The notes: generated from the sequence alone by a model not told the origin. Positions 50,038 to 62,873 are shown, counted from the first letter of the stretch. The stretch: 64,000 bases of DNA from an uncultured Chloroflexia bacterium (GCA_963768655.1 CAVYIM010000007.1:1-64000); one strand, 5' to 3'. A program made the numbers and translations.

Positions 50038-53000
50038 GTGCGTACGTCAGGTTCGGCATTGATGAATCGAACGATGCGGCACGGCAGGCTCGCTGCTGTA
50101 GTCACCGTCGCAATCCTGGTCGCAGGTCTGTCGCCCGTGTTGCCGGTCATAGCTGCCACAAGGCCCGGACCTCTCCCGCCCGTCCTGACGCCTAGGATCG
50201 ATCCTTCGGCCGCGCAGAGCCTGGCCCGCTCGACCGCTCCCACGGCCGAGACGTCGAGGCCGACGGCCGGCGCACCTGATGCCGCCGGTTCCGGCATGGC
50301 CCCGACCGAAGTCCCGTCTCTGCGCACGGCGTATAGCGACACCTACGACAACCACGACGGCACGTTCACTGTCCACGTGAGCCCCGATCCTATCAACTAC
50401 CAACCGACGGCTGGCGCGGCCTGGACGCCCATCGATCTGTCCTTCGCGCCGATCTCGGGCGGCAGCGGCCGAGTCAGAGCCGGGATGACGCCGGTCCCGG
50501 TCGAGGTCGGGGCGCCCGGCGACGCGGCTGGCTTTGTGAGTGTCGACACCGGCGAGGGCGTGATCAGCCTCCGGCTCGTTTCTGGGGCCAAGCAGGGCAG
50601 CTCGGCATCGGAGCCTGTGGCCGCAGCGGGCGGCGCCAAGGTTGCTGGCCTGCTCCCAGGCGTTGATCTACAGGTCAGCGCCAATCCCTCTGGCTTCAAC
50701 ACGTTCCTCGCTTTCGCCTCTAGACCCGCTTCCCCCTCGTTCACCTTTGAGCTGGACTCACCCGGGCTGACCCCTGCTCTGCAACCCGACGGCTCAATCA
50801 GTTTCCTAGACAAGAGCGGCATGACGGTTGCCACGATGCCCCATCCCTATGCCGAGGATTCGACGCCCGACGATCAGCGCGGCAGCGGGCAGATGACGGT
50901 CGACGTCGTCTATTCGCTCGCTACCCAGGGCGCCACCACCCTGCTCACGGTGAGCGTCGATCCGACCTGGCTCGCGAGCGCGGTCTATCCGGTCTATGTC
51001 GACCCGTCGGTCAATGTGAGTACCACCGCCAACATGAAGGACACCTTCGTCGACGCGATGTACCCGACAGAGAACTGGGAAGGCTTCAAACGCTCGGACT
51101 CCCCCTACTACTACGAGATGCTTCTCGGAGAAGACCCCGACAACTCGACGCAAGTCTGTAAGGACCTGCTCAGCTTTACGATGCCGGCCGCGGTTGCAAG
51201 CTCGACAATCGACTCGGCCACGCTCCAGATCTTCCCCTACTGGCAGTACGAGCACTACAGCGCGGTCACGACTTGGGTCGACCAGGTGACATCGAGCTGG
51301 AGCGCGGGGAGCGTAGATTGGAACAACCAGCCGAGCATCACCACGACCGGCGCCGTGACGGCGACGACAGTCCAGGGCACGACCGGATCATTCGACATCA
51401 CGAGTTTCGTGCAGGGCTGGGTCGACACCCCTTCGACTAACTACGGCATCCAGCTGAACGAGAACGGCAACGGCGGCACCTATTGGAAGCGCGTGATCTC
51501 GTCTGAGCAGACCGGCGCCAACATACCCACGCTAGCGATCACCTACAGCAAGCCTACGGCGACCGTGTCCGCACCGACCGGTAACGTGTGGACCAACAGC
51601 CGCACCCTGACCTGGGCCTACACCTCGACCGACGGCCCGGCCCAAGCCGCCTACGACGTCCAGGTTGCGACCGACTCTGGCTTTACCAACCTCGTCGTCA
51701 ACACGGGCAGCCAATCGGGCGCTGCCTCCAGCTACGCGATCCCATCGGGCACCACCCTGACCAACGGCACGACCTACTACTGGCGAGTCGAGGTTTCCGA
51801 TGGCCATATCTGGTCGGCCTGGACCGCCGCGGCTCAGTTCCGCTGGGACGCCACGGCGCCAGCCTGGAAGGGTTTCACCGCGCCCGCTGCGCAGGTCGAC
51901 CAGTCGGCGGCCTCCTACACTTTCGCCTGGAATGCTGCGACCGATTCCCCCGGGTCCGGGGTCGCTGGCTATAGCCTGCAGGTCCAAACGGCTGCGATCT
52001 CGTCTACAGCCAACGTGTGCTCCACGACATGGTCGAATTCTCGGTACGGTCCAGCCCCTAACCACCACCAGCTACGCGGTTTCCTCCATGACTGGCGCCA
52101 CGTGCTATCGAGTCGGCGTATTCGCCACGGACGCAGTCGGCAACCCAAGTAGTACGTACAGCTCCAGCCCGGTCCTGGTCGACACGACCTCGGCCAACGC
52201 CCCGACGGTCACCGACAACTGCACTTCGCTCGGCTCCTGCTATCGGGTCGGCAACACGATCTACTTCCGGCCTGCAGCAGCCGGCACGCTCAGCCTGACC
52301 TCGACCGGCACGGACAACGAGTCTGGCATCGCCTCCTCGACCTTCGGCGCGCTCTCGGCTCCGACCGGCTGGACCTATACCTCGGGCACGGTCACGGGCA
52401 ACCCGGCCTCTAAGAGCGTCACCTGGTCGAGCACGGCCGGCAGCACGACGCTCCAGATAACCACCACCAACAATGCCGGACTCGTTTCGCCCGCCACGAC
52501 CATCACCTTCACACCGGACTCAACGATCACAGGTTCCTTCACCACGCCCGGCAGCAGCCTCGTCGTTCAATCGGGCACGAGCTACTCGGTCGCCTGGACT
52601 GAGACAGAGACTGGATCTGGCGTCGCGAGCCGCTCGCTGCAGCGTCAGAAGGGGACCGTCGCCACGGCCGGCACCTGTACCGGAGTCACCTTCGCCAACG
52701 ACGGTAGCCCGTCCACATCTGCCTCACCGGTCAACGCCACCGGTCTGGTCAGCGGCAACTGCTATCGCTGGGCTCTGACCCTCACCGACAACGTCGGCAA
52801 CATTGCGACCCTAACGTCGGGTTCGGTCCTGGTCGACACGACCTCGGCCAACGCCCCGACGGTCACCGACAACTGCACTTCGCTCGGCTCCTGCTATCGG
52901 GTCGGCAACACGATCTACTTCCGGCCTGCAGCAGCCGGCACGCTCAGCCTGACCTCGACCGGCACGGACAACGAGTCTGGCATCGCCTCCTCGACCTTCG

Positions 53001-56000
53001 GCGCGCTCTCGGCTCCGACCGGCTGGACCTATACCTCGGGCACGGTCACGGGCAACCCGGCCTCTAAGAGCGTCACCTGGTCGAGCACGGCCGGCAGCAC
53101 GACGCTCCAGATAACCACCACCAACAATGCCGGACTCGTTTCGCCCGCCACGACCATCACCTTCACACCGGACTCAACGATCACAGGTTCCTTCACCACG
53201 CCCGGCAGCAGCCTCGTCGTTCAATCGGGCACGAGCTACTCGGTCGCCTGGACTGAGACAGAGACTGGATCTGGCGTCGCGAGCCGCTCGCTGCAGCGTC
53301 AGAAGGGACCGTCGCCACGGCCGGCACCTGTACCGGAGTCACCTTCGCCAACGACGGTAGCCCGATCACCAGCGTCTCCCCGGCAACGTTCAGCGCTCCG
53401 GTGGCCGGCTACTGCTACCAATGGGTGCTCACGCTTACGGACACCGTCGGCAACGTCGGAACCAGCACGTCAGGCATGGTCATCCGCGACACCAGCAGCG
53501 CCCTCGGGCAACAGAGCCAGCTGAGCCTTGAATTCCTGGGCTCTGGGATCGGGCGACGGGGCGGACGTCAACGTCGTCACTGGCGACCTGGTTGTGAGCC
53601 ATTCGATCGTGAGCCTGCCCATCCGCGGCAGCTCGGTCTCGCTCGATCTCACCTACAACAGCCAGGATCTCGCGAACGTCGGTCTCGGCACCGGCTGGCG
53701 CGTAAACGTGCAGCGGCGGCTCACGCTCAACCCCGACGGCAGCGTGACCCTCGTCGACTCCGACGGGGCGCGATACCTGTTCACGAACCCCGTCACCAAC
53801 GGCACCGTCACGACCTACGCGCGGCCGGCGGCTCTGTTCGCGACCCTGGTCGAGGACACGAGCCAGCAGAGCCAGTTCACCCTGACCTACAAGGACCTCT
53901 CCCTTGACCGCTTCCTCATCTCCGGGTCCGACGCGCTCCTGGTCCGCCAGCAGGATCGCTTCGGCAATGGCGTGACGATCGCTTACAACAGCGGAACCGA
54001 GGACATCTCGACCGTTACTGACGACACGGCCCGAGTCATCAACTTCACCTGGACCACCACTACCTCGCCCCATCAGCTCGCCTCGATCACCGACTGGGCC
54101 TGGATCAACAGCTCGGGCGTCGTCCAGACGAGCGCCACCGGCTCTCGCCGGACCTATCGCTTCTTCTACGACGGCAGCGGCGCCCTGATCGGCTGGGCCG
54201 ACCCGCTCAACGCGTCAGGCACCTGCCCGACCGGCGGGAGCCATCTGACCTGCCTGACCTACAGCGGCGGCCAGCTGACCGGCATTGCCAAGACGCAGAC
54301 CTACACCACCTTCAACGGCAGCTCGCTGGGCGCTGCCACCCGCGTGGCTTCGACGAGCTTCGCCTACTCTAGCGGCGACGTGGCCGGCGTCACCGACGCC
54401 CTGACCAACCAGACTACCTTCGACCGCTCGACACCGGGCCAGACCACCGTTCATCGGCCGGCCAGCGGCGCGGTCACATATGCCTTCGCGGCAGCCGACC
54501 CGTACGGCCGTGTCACCTCGGTCTCGCGCAGCCTGTCGGGCACGCCGATCGTGCAGACGACGGTCTGGGACGCCGCCTTCCCGACGCTGCCCGACTCGGT
54601 CACCGACAACTCGACCGGAGCTCTGAGCACGCCCTCGCGGACAGTGACGTATACGTACTTCGCAGGTTCGATGGGCAACCTGGCGCGGGAGGTCGAGCCT
54701 CTGACCGCGACGACCGACCGGCGGACCGATTACACGTACAACGCCAACAACGACGTGACCCAAGAGATCGTCAGCCAGGATGGCTCGACGACCCTTCAGA
54801 CCACCACTCGATACTGCTACGACAGCGGCTGCTCGCTCAGCGGCAGCGGCCTGTCGATACTCAGCGAAATCGACGACTACGTCTCGGGTAGCTCTGCCAC
54901 AAACGACACCAACGTCCGGACCGACTACGCCTACGACGCCTACGGGCAGAAGACCCGGACCACGCGCCACAACCGTGATGCAGCAGGTGCTGACCTCGAC
55001 GACCGCATCGACGCGTCGGTCTACAATTCGTATGGCGACGTGACGGCGTCGATCACCAACTATGCCGACGGCCAGGTGACCGGCGGCACCGACGTGACTC
55101 CCGATGCCAGCGGCGCCCGGACAGACCTGACGACCACGTACACCTTCGACACCGCCGGCAACGAGGTCAGCGTTGCCGACCCGCGCCGCGCGATCGAACT
55201 CGCTCTCGGATCTGCGGGTGCCGACGACTATGTCACCCGCTCCACCTTCGATGCCCTCAACGAGAACCTGAGTCAGACCACCCCGACGACTCCCGGGGTC
55301 AGCGGCGTCCCCAGAAGAGCTCGTCGAGCGTCTACGACGAATTCGGCTCGGTCCGAGCTGCAACCGACCTGAACGGTATCGTCACCGGCACAGCCTTCGA
55401 TGCCGGTGGCAACTCGACCGCTACCTATGAGATCGACCCCTCGCCTCTCGGCGCCTCACAGACGTCGTCTTCTACCTATGACGCCGCCGGTCGCCTGGCC
55501 ACCAGCAAGGACGCGCGGCAGGTCGCCAACGGCGCCCTAGGTCACACCGCCTACGGATATGACGATCTCGGGCAGCAAGTCTCCGTCACCGACGCCGCGG
55601 GGTCCAGCCCCGACATCTCAAGCGAGACGACAACCACTTACGATGCCCTCGGGCGCAAGACGGCAGACGACTACTCAGTCGGCGGTACGTCCTATACCTA
55701 CGATTTGGGAGGCCGAGCGCTCACGACCGACGACGGCCTGTCCTGCTCGACGAGCACGTACGACTACCAGGACCGGACCACGACCACTACCAGCGGCCTG
55801 AACACCGGGACCTGCACCGATGGCGGTGACGGCTCCACGACAACCAACACCTACGACGGCCTGGGTCGGCTCACGCTGGCCCAGATCACTGCGGGCGTGA
55901 ACGTCGGAGACAAGACAACCAACGATGTCTACGACTCCGCGGGCGACAAGCTCTCCGACTCGACCACCAAGTCCGGTGTGGTGGCGACCGCCACCACGCA

Positions 56001-57897
56001 GTTCAACCTGCTCGGCCAGGCTATGAGCGTTCTGGCTATCGATGGCTCCACTACGAAGTCCGACTATGATCCAGCCGGCAACGTGTCCGACAGCTGTCTG
56101 TGGGCCTCGGGCTCCACGGTTGGCTCGTGCTACCCGGTGGGCACGACTCCATGGACCAACCCGCCGACCAAGGCGACGAGTTCGGTCTACGACGCTGGTA
56201 ATCACACCATCGCCTCGACCGACGCCGCCACCGCGATGACCACGACCTACGACCCGACTCACGACTACGCGGTCGCCGCCACATACCTGCCGACAGGCTC
56301 GGGCCACGAGTATCAGACCTACTACACGTACGACTCCAAGCAACGCGTGACGGCGCTGACCCACCAGGACTGCACCCTCTCGACTGGCCACTCCTGCACC
56401 AGTGCGAACGTCGTTGGCTCCGACGCCTACACGTACGATGCCAACGACAACCGGACGCAGGTCACCGAGTACAACGGCGCTACCACGACCAACGACTACT
56501 ACTGCTACGACGCGAACAACCGGCTCGTCGCCGAGAAGTCGGGCAGCTCGTGCGCGACCAATCCCGACGAGACGTACACGTACGACGACTCCGGCAACCG
56601 CCTGACTGCGACCGTCGGTGGCGTAACTACGAACTTCGCCTACGACAGCGACGGCCGCCTGTGCGCCGTTGGGGCGACCTCCTGCAGCTCACCCAACGTC
56701 ACCTACGACGATGCCGGCCGAACAGCGACCTACAACGGCTGGTCTTACCTCTACGACTCGGCGGGCCGTCTGGTTTCGGCTTGCCAGAGCACGAGTTGCA
56801 CTGGCTCGGGCTTCAACCGAGTCGACTACACGTACGATGGCGACGGCAACCGTACCCAGATCGTTGACACGACTGCAGGAGGCGTCGCTACCACCACGAC
56901 CTTCACCTACCAGGGCGGCATCATGGTCGGCGAGTCGGTCAACGGCACGCCGTCGCGCGGCTACCTAGCAGCCGGCGGCTCGATGGCCGAGATGACCATT
57001 CCGAGCGGTTCGGAAGCCGGGACCTACATCGTGACCTGGAACGGTCACGATGACGCCACGAGCCTTAACTTGATCAACGGCGACGGCTCGCTCACCCCGG
57101 TCAACAGCTACAGCTACTCGACCTGGGGAACGCCAACGACAAGCGTGGCCAGCGGCGCCAGCGACCTGGCCTTCCGCTTCCTCTACATCGGCTCGGGCGA
57201 TGTCCAGTGGGACAATGACTTCAGTATCAGCCTAGAGTACATGCACGCGAGGAGCTACTCGCCTGCGTTGGGGCGGTTCCTGCAGCCTGATCCAAGCGGC
57301 GAGGATCTCGGTTACGCTTACTCGCAGAATGATCCCGTTGGGCACGCAGATCCCACGGGCACGTTTGCCATCCCGCGACTCATATGGGGGGTTGAGTGGG
57401 GCTACGAAGGGCAAGACTACGGCCTCGCCAATCTAGCCGTAGGCCTTGTCTGCGGACTCACGAGCTTCAGCGGCTTCTTCACCAGCTGGATTGGCTATTC
57501 GGTCGGTGCTGGCTGCACGATCGGCGGATACATCCTGGGGAGCACGCCAATTGGCGGGTTCCTAGAGTCGCTGGCAGGAAAGAAGGCAAAGGGCTCCACT
57601 GGATGGGACGTTATGGTTGAGACTCCGCACGTGTTCCTGCGCGTACTGTCCTATTGCCCGCCGGGCAGCCGCATTTGCTCAATCAGTCAGGTGCGCATAT
57701 GGATCAAGATGAGGCAATCCTATCGTGATTGGTGGTGCCGCTACTACTTCACGTATTCAACCTGGCAGCTCAACAACCCGGACTGGTTCAGTGGCTACAA
57801 TGGCGCCACTCCCATGTGCCCCAAAATGAACAACAACCAGGCCTCCATCCTCGTCTCGGCCGTGGGCCTCATCCCAATCCTTTTCGACATGCTATAG
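50038..57897 (+). CDS. giant secreted RHS/YD-repeat protein (~2600 aa) with DNRLRE-like and Ig/FnIII-like domains, four frameshifts
   Basis: Signal peptide, DNRLRE-like module, YD repeats, core ARSYSPALGRFLQPDP...YSQNDP...DPTG; frames join at about 52037, 53305, 53533, 55310. Confidence 0.88.
52170..53364 (+). repeat. near-identical tandem duplication, period 654 bp
   Basis: 52170-52711 matches 52824-53364; the one difference seen is a missing G (agaagggg vs agaaggg). Confidence 0.92.
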
Positions 57898-57976
57898 GGG
57901 TAGTGCTGGGCATACTCGACGGAGCATGGGCAACGAAAGGGCCAATAGGTTCGCCGCACATAGCGGAGGCTAGACT

Positions 57977-58339
57977 ATGGACAGGTCTTGGGCGGTGACT
58001 CAAGCGGCCAGAGCTGGTGCTTCGGTTGGGGCACTAGTAGGTGCGCCCGTGGCCTACGGCCAGAGCCGGATCCCGGGGGCTCTGGTGGTCGCAGGCTTCC
58101 TTCTCGGGGCCGCCATCGCCACTCAGTACGCGCTCCGGCGGCTGGAAACCTCCAAGCGGGTAGTTACTCCCGTAACGCTGACAGCGTATGCAGCCGTCTT
58201 CTTCGGGCTTCAGGCTGTGCCGGCAGCCGATGCTTACCTGGCGGCCATCGTGGTTTTCGCCATCATAGGCTTGTCGATGTGGCTGCCGAGCGCTTGGGCT
58301 GGAAGGTCAGCCCAGAAAGGTAGAGGCCCGACCCGCTAA
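57977..58339 (+). CDS. 4-TM membrane protein, candidate immunity protein
   Basis: Immediately downstream of the RHS tip; GGAGG RBS. Confidence 0.6.
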   Translation: MDRSWAVTQAARAGASVGALVGAPVAYGQSRIPGALVVAGFLLGAAIATQYALRRLETSKRVVTPVTLTAYAAVFFGLQAVPAADAYLAAIVVFAIIGLSMWLPSAWAGRSAQKGRGPTR

Positions 58340-58444
58340 AGCCAAGCGCAAACCGGCGGAAGTGTCGGAGTTGTCCGGTCGGGTGATCGCCTTGGCGCGC
58401 TCGCCAGATGCACGCGTAGGTCTCGGGTCATTGACTTCAGCGCG

Positions 58445-59361
58445 GAGGATGTCCCGATCGTCGTGGAATTTCAGTGAGGGTCGGGTCTCCAGGTTGCTGA
58501 TCATATCGGTTGGTTGGTAGCGCTCGCCTCGCTTTCGATGTGGAGCTCGCGCTTCAGCGCAGCGGCAAGAATGGGCAGCTCCCGATAGCCACAGACTCGG
58601 CGGAACTGAGCCTCTGCGGCGAGCATCCCAGCGGCGGCCCAGCGCAGCGCCATCTCGCCCGACTCCCAGTTCTTCACCCGGCGGGCGTGCGTCTTGACGA
58701 TCTCGATCATCGATTCCATCGGGTTGGTCGACTCGAGCGTCCTCCAGAGCGAGCCGCTGATGCCCAGACGCGTCAGGGTGAGCGTGTCGTCGAGCCCCTC
58801 GCGCAGCGACGCGGCGGCTCCCGGACGGCTGTGGGCCAGACTGCGGGCCAGGGAGTGGAGGGCCGCCTTCGCCCTGTCCGGATCTCGCTCGGCCCAGGCG
58901 GCCCGAAGCCGGCGCTGGGCGAGCGGTCGTTCGATCTCGGGCAGGTGCTCTAGAACGTTGCGCTCTTTGTGGCGATGGCAGCGATGGATCGCCACGCCTT
59001 TGCCCAAGAAGGTGCGGATGGCCGAACCGATGGCGGAGCCGCCGTCGACGACGAAGAGGACGCCTGCGCTTGTGTCCAGACCGCGATCGCGCAAGTCCGC
59101 CAGGAGCGCGTTGACCACCGCGCTGTTCTCGGTCGTGCCCTCGACCACGCCGAGGGGCACCTTGTGGCCGGCGGCGTCGATCCCGAGCGCGCCTACGAGC
59201 AGGTGATCGCCCAGGCGAAAGCCATCGAGCATGAGCACGAGGTAGCGGCGGTCGTCGAGTCTGCGCCCGAGCAGCTCAGCCAGGCGCTCTGCCGTGGCGG
59301 CGAGGAAGCGGCGGCTGACGGCGGCGTGGCTGGTCGAGACGGCGGCCTTACGCGAACCCAC
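58445..59361 (-). mobile_element. IS256-family transposase, 5'-truncated, with right end
   Basis: SHAAVSRRF, LMLDG, VVDG, RCHRHKERN, STNPMES; IR-like end aaattccacgacgatcgggacatcctc at 58445. Confidence 0.88.
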
Positions 59362-59541
59362 GGTGCTCGCCGGAACTGGCCAACGGTGCTCGGACTCACC
59401 CCACAGTCGCGCTCCCTAGGTTATCGAGCCGAGCCTCAGCCCGCCAACTCTGCCGACGAGCCCACAGGGCCGCACACCTTCACCCGTAAAGTGTCGGGCT
59501 GACTCCAAAGACGGCTCCGATCCGATCGAGAACTGGCCGCC

Positions 59542-60006
59542 TTATCGTGGCATCCACCACGGCCACCAGGTCGGCACCCCGGACGGGCACAGGTAGCCCC
59601 GCATGTCGGGTCCGGACGGCGCCCAGGAGAGGGAGTGGGTGCCTACCAACACAAACGCGACGACTGCCGCGAGCCCTGCGGCCACCAGGAATCCAGCGGC
59701 CGGATGGATTCGCGCCGCAAGGAGGGACAGGAGACAGTTGGCCGCAGCGACTGTAGGGGCCAGTAGCACGAACTGGAGCCCCAAGGCAGGGTCATTGCCC
59801 GAGTCGAAGTAGACCCCGCAGTCGTCGGCAGCGGCAACCGCGATCCTCATGCCGATCCAGACGGACAACACCCCCAGCAGACAGGCTGCCAACGCGACTC
59901 CAACGTAGAGCCACGCGGAGTGGTGTCTGGCTGCTGGACTGGGGTTCGGTGGACCGCCTGGCCACTGAGGGCCGGTTCTGGCGGTGGGTTGGTTCAGGGG
60001 GTCCAC
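59542..60006 (-). CDS. 3-TM membrane protein with CPSGVPTWWPWWMP tail
   Basis: Hydrophobic segments and Cys/Trp-rich C-terminus. Confidence 0.65.
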   Translation of the reverse strand: MDPLNQPTARTGPQWPGGPPNPSPAARHHSAWLYVGVALAACLLGVLSVWIGMRIAVAAADDCGVYFDSGNDPALGLQFVLLAPTVAAANCLLSLLAARIHPAAGFLVAAGLAAVVAFVLVGTHSLSWAPSGPDMRGYLCPSGVPTWWPWWMPR

Positions 60007-60172
60007 CGATGGATCATAGCAACGACGCTAAGCCGAATGGGTCCTGTCGACGACCCACTGGTCGGCGAAGGCGTGTTCAGCCCCGCTCCGCACCTTACCC
60101 GTATAGTGTCGGCTCTAATCCTCTGAGCCCGACCCAGAAGAACCTCGTTTGTGAGGGCAGCCTAGATGGCGG

Positions 60173-61036
60173 TCAGCCCGCGGGCTCGACTCCCACGAAC
60201 CGGTACGCCGCTCCAGCGCGCTCGACGTGGCCGAGATCTGCGAGGTGGAACCCGTGGATCAGGGAGCGGCGTTGGGCGGCGCGGTCGAGGAGCCGACGAC
60301 GTGTAACCACCGTCTGCGCGGGGTCGGCGTCCATGCCCGTCGTCCAGTCCGGGTGCGCGAAGTCCCACTCGTGGAAGACCGCGTCGCCGAGGGCGAGCAG
60401 CTTCGCCGCGCCGGACTCGATCTCGATCGCCACGTGACCAGGCGTGTGGCCGGGCGCCGGGACGATCCGCACACCGGGGCCGACCTCCACCGCGCCGTCG
60501 GTCAGCTCGAGCAGGCCGGCCTCGCGGAGTGGCGGGAGATGGAGGCGCGCGATCGCCGCGAGGTAGGCGTCGGTGGCCCGCGCGCGTCCCGGCTCGAGCC
60601 AGTAGTCCCACTCGATCGCCGACATGACGTGGCGGGCGTTCGGGTAACGGGGGACGCGGACGCCGTCGCGCACCCTCGTGAGCCCGCCGATGTGGTCGGC
60701 ATGGGCATGCGTGATCAGCACCAACGCTATCTCGTCGGGGGTGAGGCTGGCAGCGGCGAGGGACGCCTCTGTTCCCCCGATAGCCGCACCCCACTCGGCC
60801 GCCAGCTCCTCGCCCGCCCCGGCGTCGAGCAGCATCGGCCCGTCGGCCGTCCGCACCAGGAGCGGGCGGTAGGGCACGGGCAGCGAGCCGTCGGGGTTGA
60901 GCCGACCCTCAAGGAGCGTCCCGATCAGCGTGGGCTCGACGTCCGGGAACACGTCCGCCACCTCGTAGGCGGCGACGCCGTCGCAAAGGATCTCAACCTC
61001 ATGCGCCCCGACGCGGATCACGTCCTTTCGGATCAT
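60173..61036 (-). CDS. MBL-fold metallo-hydrolase
   Basis: LLDAG, THAHADH, PGHTPGH, GD, GFH; GGAGG RBS. Confidence 0.92.
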   Translation of the reverse strand: MIRKDVIRVGAHEVEILCDGVAAYEVADVFPDVEPTLIGTLLEGRLNPDGSLPVPYRPLLVRTADGPMLLDAGAGEELAAEWGAAIGGTEASLAAASLTPDEIALVLITHAHADHIGGLTRVRDGVRVPRYPNARHVMSAIEWDYWLEPGRARATDAYLAAIARLHLPPLREAGLLELTDGAVEVGPGVRIVPAPGHTPGHVAIEIESGAAKLLALGDAVFHEWDFAHPDWTTGMDADPAQTVVTRRRLLDRAAQRRSLIHGFHLADLGHVERAGAAYRFVGVEPAG

Positions 61037-61223
61037 CGGCCGGCCTCCCACAGGGTACGCAGGGACGCTAGAGCGACGGCAACTCGAGGTCAAGCCACCG
61101 CCGTCGCGCAACCAAGCCGAGCCCTCAGCTCAGGATGAACAACGTCGCCCGAGCACCGTGACGATGCAGCCATCGTGTTGCCGCCGTTCGACGCCGGCGC
61201 CAGTGGTTCTTGGCTCCGCGCGA

Positions 61224-62372
61224 TCACCCGCCGGCCGCGACTCCCCGGGCCAGGAGCTCGTCGTAGCGCACAGGATCCACGTTCCCCCCGCTCAGGATGG
61301 ACACCACGCGCCCGCTCGCCGGCAGTTCGTCCTCGTGGAACAGCCAGGCGGCGAGGGTAGTGGCGCCGGACGGTTCTAGCACCAGCCGCGCTTCCCGCGA
61401 CGCGCGGACCATGGCCCGGGCGATCTCATCCTCTGTCACGGTCACGATGCCGTCGAGATAGCGGCGCAACAGCTCGAACGGTATGCGCCCGATGTGGGTA
61501 GTCCGCTGGCCGTCGGCGATCGTCCGTCCGACCATGTCCGCCGGCCAGATCACGATTTGGCCCTGCTCGAGCGAGTCACGGGCGTCCGCGGCCAGAGCCG
61601 GTTCGACGCCGACCACGACGGCGTCCGGCCGAAGCGACTTCACCGCTACGGCCACGCCGCTGGCGATCCCGCCTCCGCCAACCGGGACCAGCACGGTGAA
61701 TGGTGCCGGTTCGGTCCGGCGGCCCCTCGGAGTCGTGGGTTTGCGCTCGTCGAGGGAGGCGAGCTGCTCGACGATCTCGAGTCCGATGGTTCCCTGGCCG
61801 GTGATCGTGGCCGCGTCGTCGTACGGCGCGACCAGCGACAGACCGTCGACCCGCGCCAGTTCGGCGGCCCGCTGCGCCCGCTCCTCACTCGATGGGCCAA
61901 CGAAGACGATCTCGGCGCCGTCCTCTTGGACACGCTCGACCTTGATCCGTGGCGCATCCGAAGGCATCACGATCACCGCGCGGACCCCGAGGAGTCGAGC
62001 GGCGCGCGCCACGCCTTGGGCGTGGTTGCCGCTCGAGTGCGCCACTACGCCGGCGGCACGGCGTTCCGCCGACAGCGCGGCGATGTTGTAGTAGGCGCCA
62101 CGCAGCTTGAACGCGCCGATCGGCTGGAGAGACTCCGGTTTCAGCCAAGCGCGGGTGCGCCCAAGTGGGTCGCCGTCCTCGGGCCGCCCGAAGGGCAGCA
62201 GCGGCGTGCGCACGACTACGCCCCGGATCACTTCGGCGGCGCCGCGGATGGCGGCCAGGGTGACCAGCGCCGCCTCGTCGAGCCGTGCGTCCGATCGAGG
62301 GTCCGGGATTGGTGAGACGGTCGGCGGCTCCGGCGCCACGGGCGGGAGCTGAGTCGGTCTTCGTGGAGGCAT
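61224..62372 (-). CDS. threonine/serine dehydratase (PLP-dependent)
   Basis: ESLQPIGAFKLRGA, HSSGNHAQG, VPVGGGG, EPSGA, SGGN. Confidence 0.93.
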   Translation of the reverse strand: MPPRRPTQLPPVAPEPPTVSPIPDPRSDARLDEAALVTLAAIRGAAEVIRGVVVRTPLLPFGRPEDGDPLGRTRAWLKPESLQPIGAFKLRGAYYNIAALSAERRAAGVVAHSSGNHAQGVARAARLLGVRAVIVMPSDAPRIKVERVQEDGAEIVFVGPSSEERAQRAAELARVDGLSLVAPYDDAATITGQGTIGLEIVEQLASLDERKPTTPRGRRTEPAPFTVLVPVGGGGIASGVAVAVKSLRPDAVVVGVEPALAADARDSLEQGQIVIWPADMVGRTIADGQRTTHIGRIPFELLRRYLDGIVTVTEDEIARAMVRASREARLVLEPSGATTLAAWLFHEDELPASGRVVSILSGGNVDPVRYDELLARGVAAGG

Positions 62373-62792
62373 GTCCAGGCCACTATAGTGCCGGCAACCC
62401 TCTCGACCGCCGCCAGCCGGCCCTCGGGAAGCCGATCGAGCGAAGTAGCGGCGCTCCAGAAGCAGCCTCGCCTCGTGGCCTCAGCCCCGCGCCACTCGAC
62501 CAGCCGGCACGTCAATCGCAGTTCGTCTGTTTCAGCCCATACTTGGCCAGTCCCGGGTCGAACGACAGCCGCGTGGGATGAGACAGACTGGCACCGACCT
62601 TCACCTCGGGTTACGTAGCGGATCAGGACAGGAGCGGTCTCCAATGACACTCGCCATCCTCGGCGTGCCAACCCACATCGCACTCATCGCGGTGGTCATC
62701 ATCGTGGTCGTCGTGGCGGCGGCATGGTGGTTGATCGACCGTCGCAAGTAGGTCACGCCGAGCGTTGTGCCGATCGCTCCGAGCCGGGCTAC

Positions 62793-62873
62793 CTCGATCG
62801 ACCATTTGTGCCCGCCGTCACGGACGGCAAGACCGGTGCGATCCGCTTCTTCGGCCGTGTGGTCGATCCGTCC
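62793..62873 (+). pseudogene. serpin C-terminal remnant
   Basis: LDRPFVPAVTDGKTGAIRFFGRVVDP matches the serpin signature; no upstream body. Confidence 0.55.

Noticed and set aside
52170-53364. DGR template/variable repeat pair
   Set aside because: No adenine-specific mismatches and no reverse transcriptase in the window.
59365-59470. Partial resemblance to a c-di-AMP riboswitch (GCTGA, GGGGTGA on the minus strand)
   Set aside because: The other conserved segments are missing and no intact gene follows.
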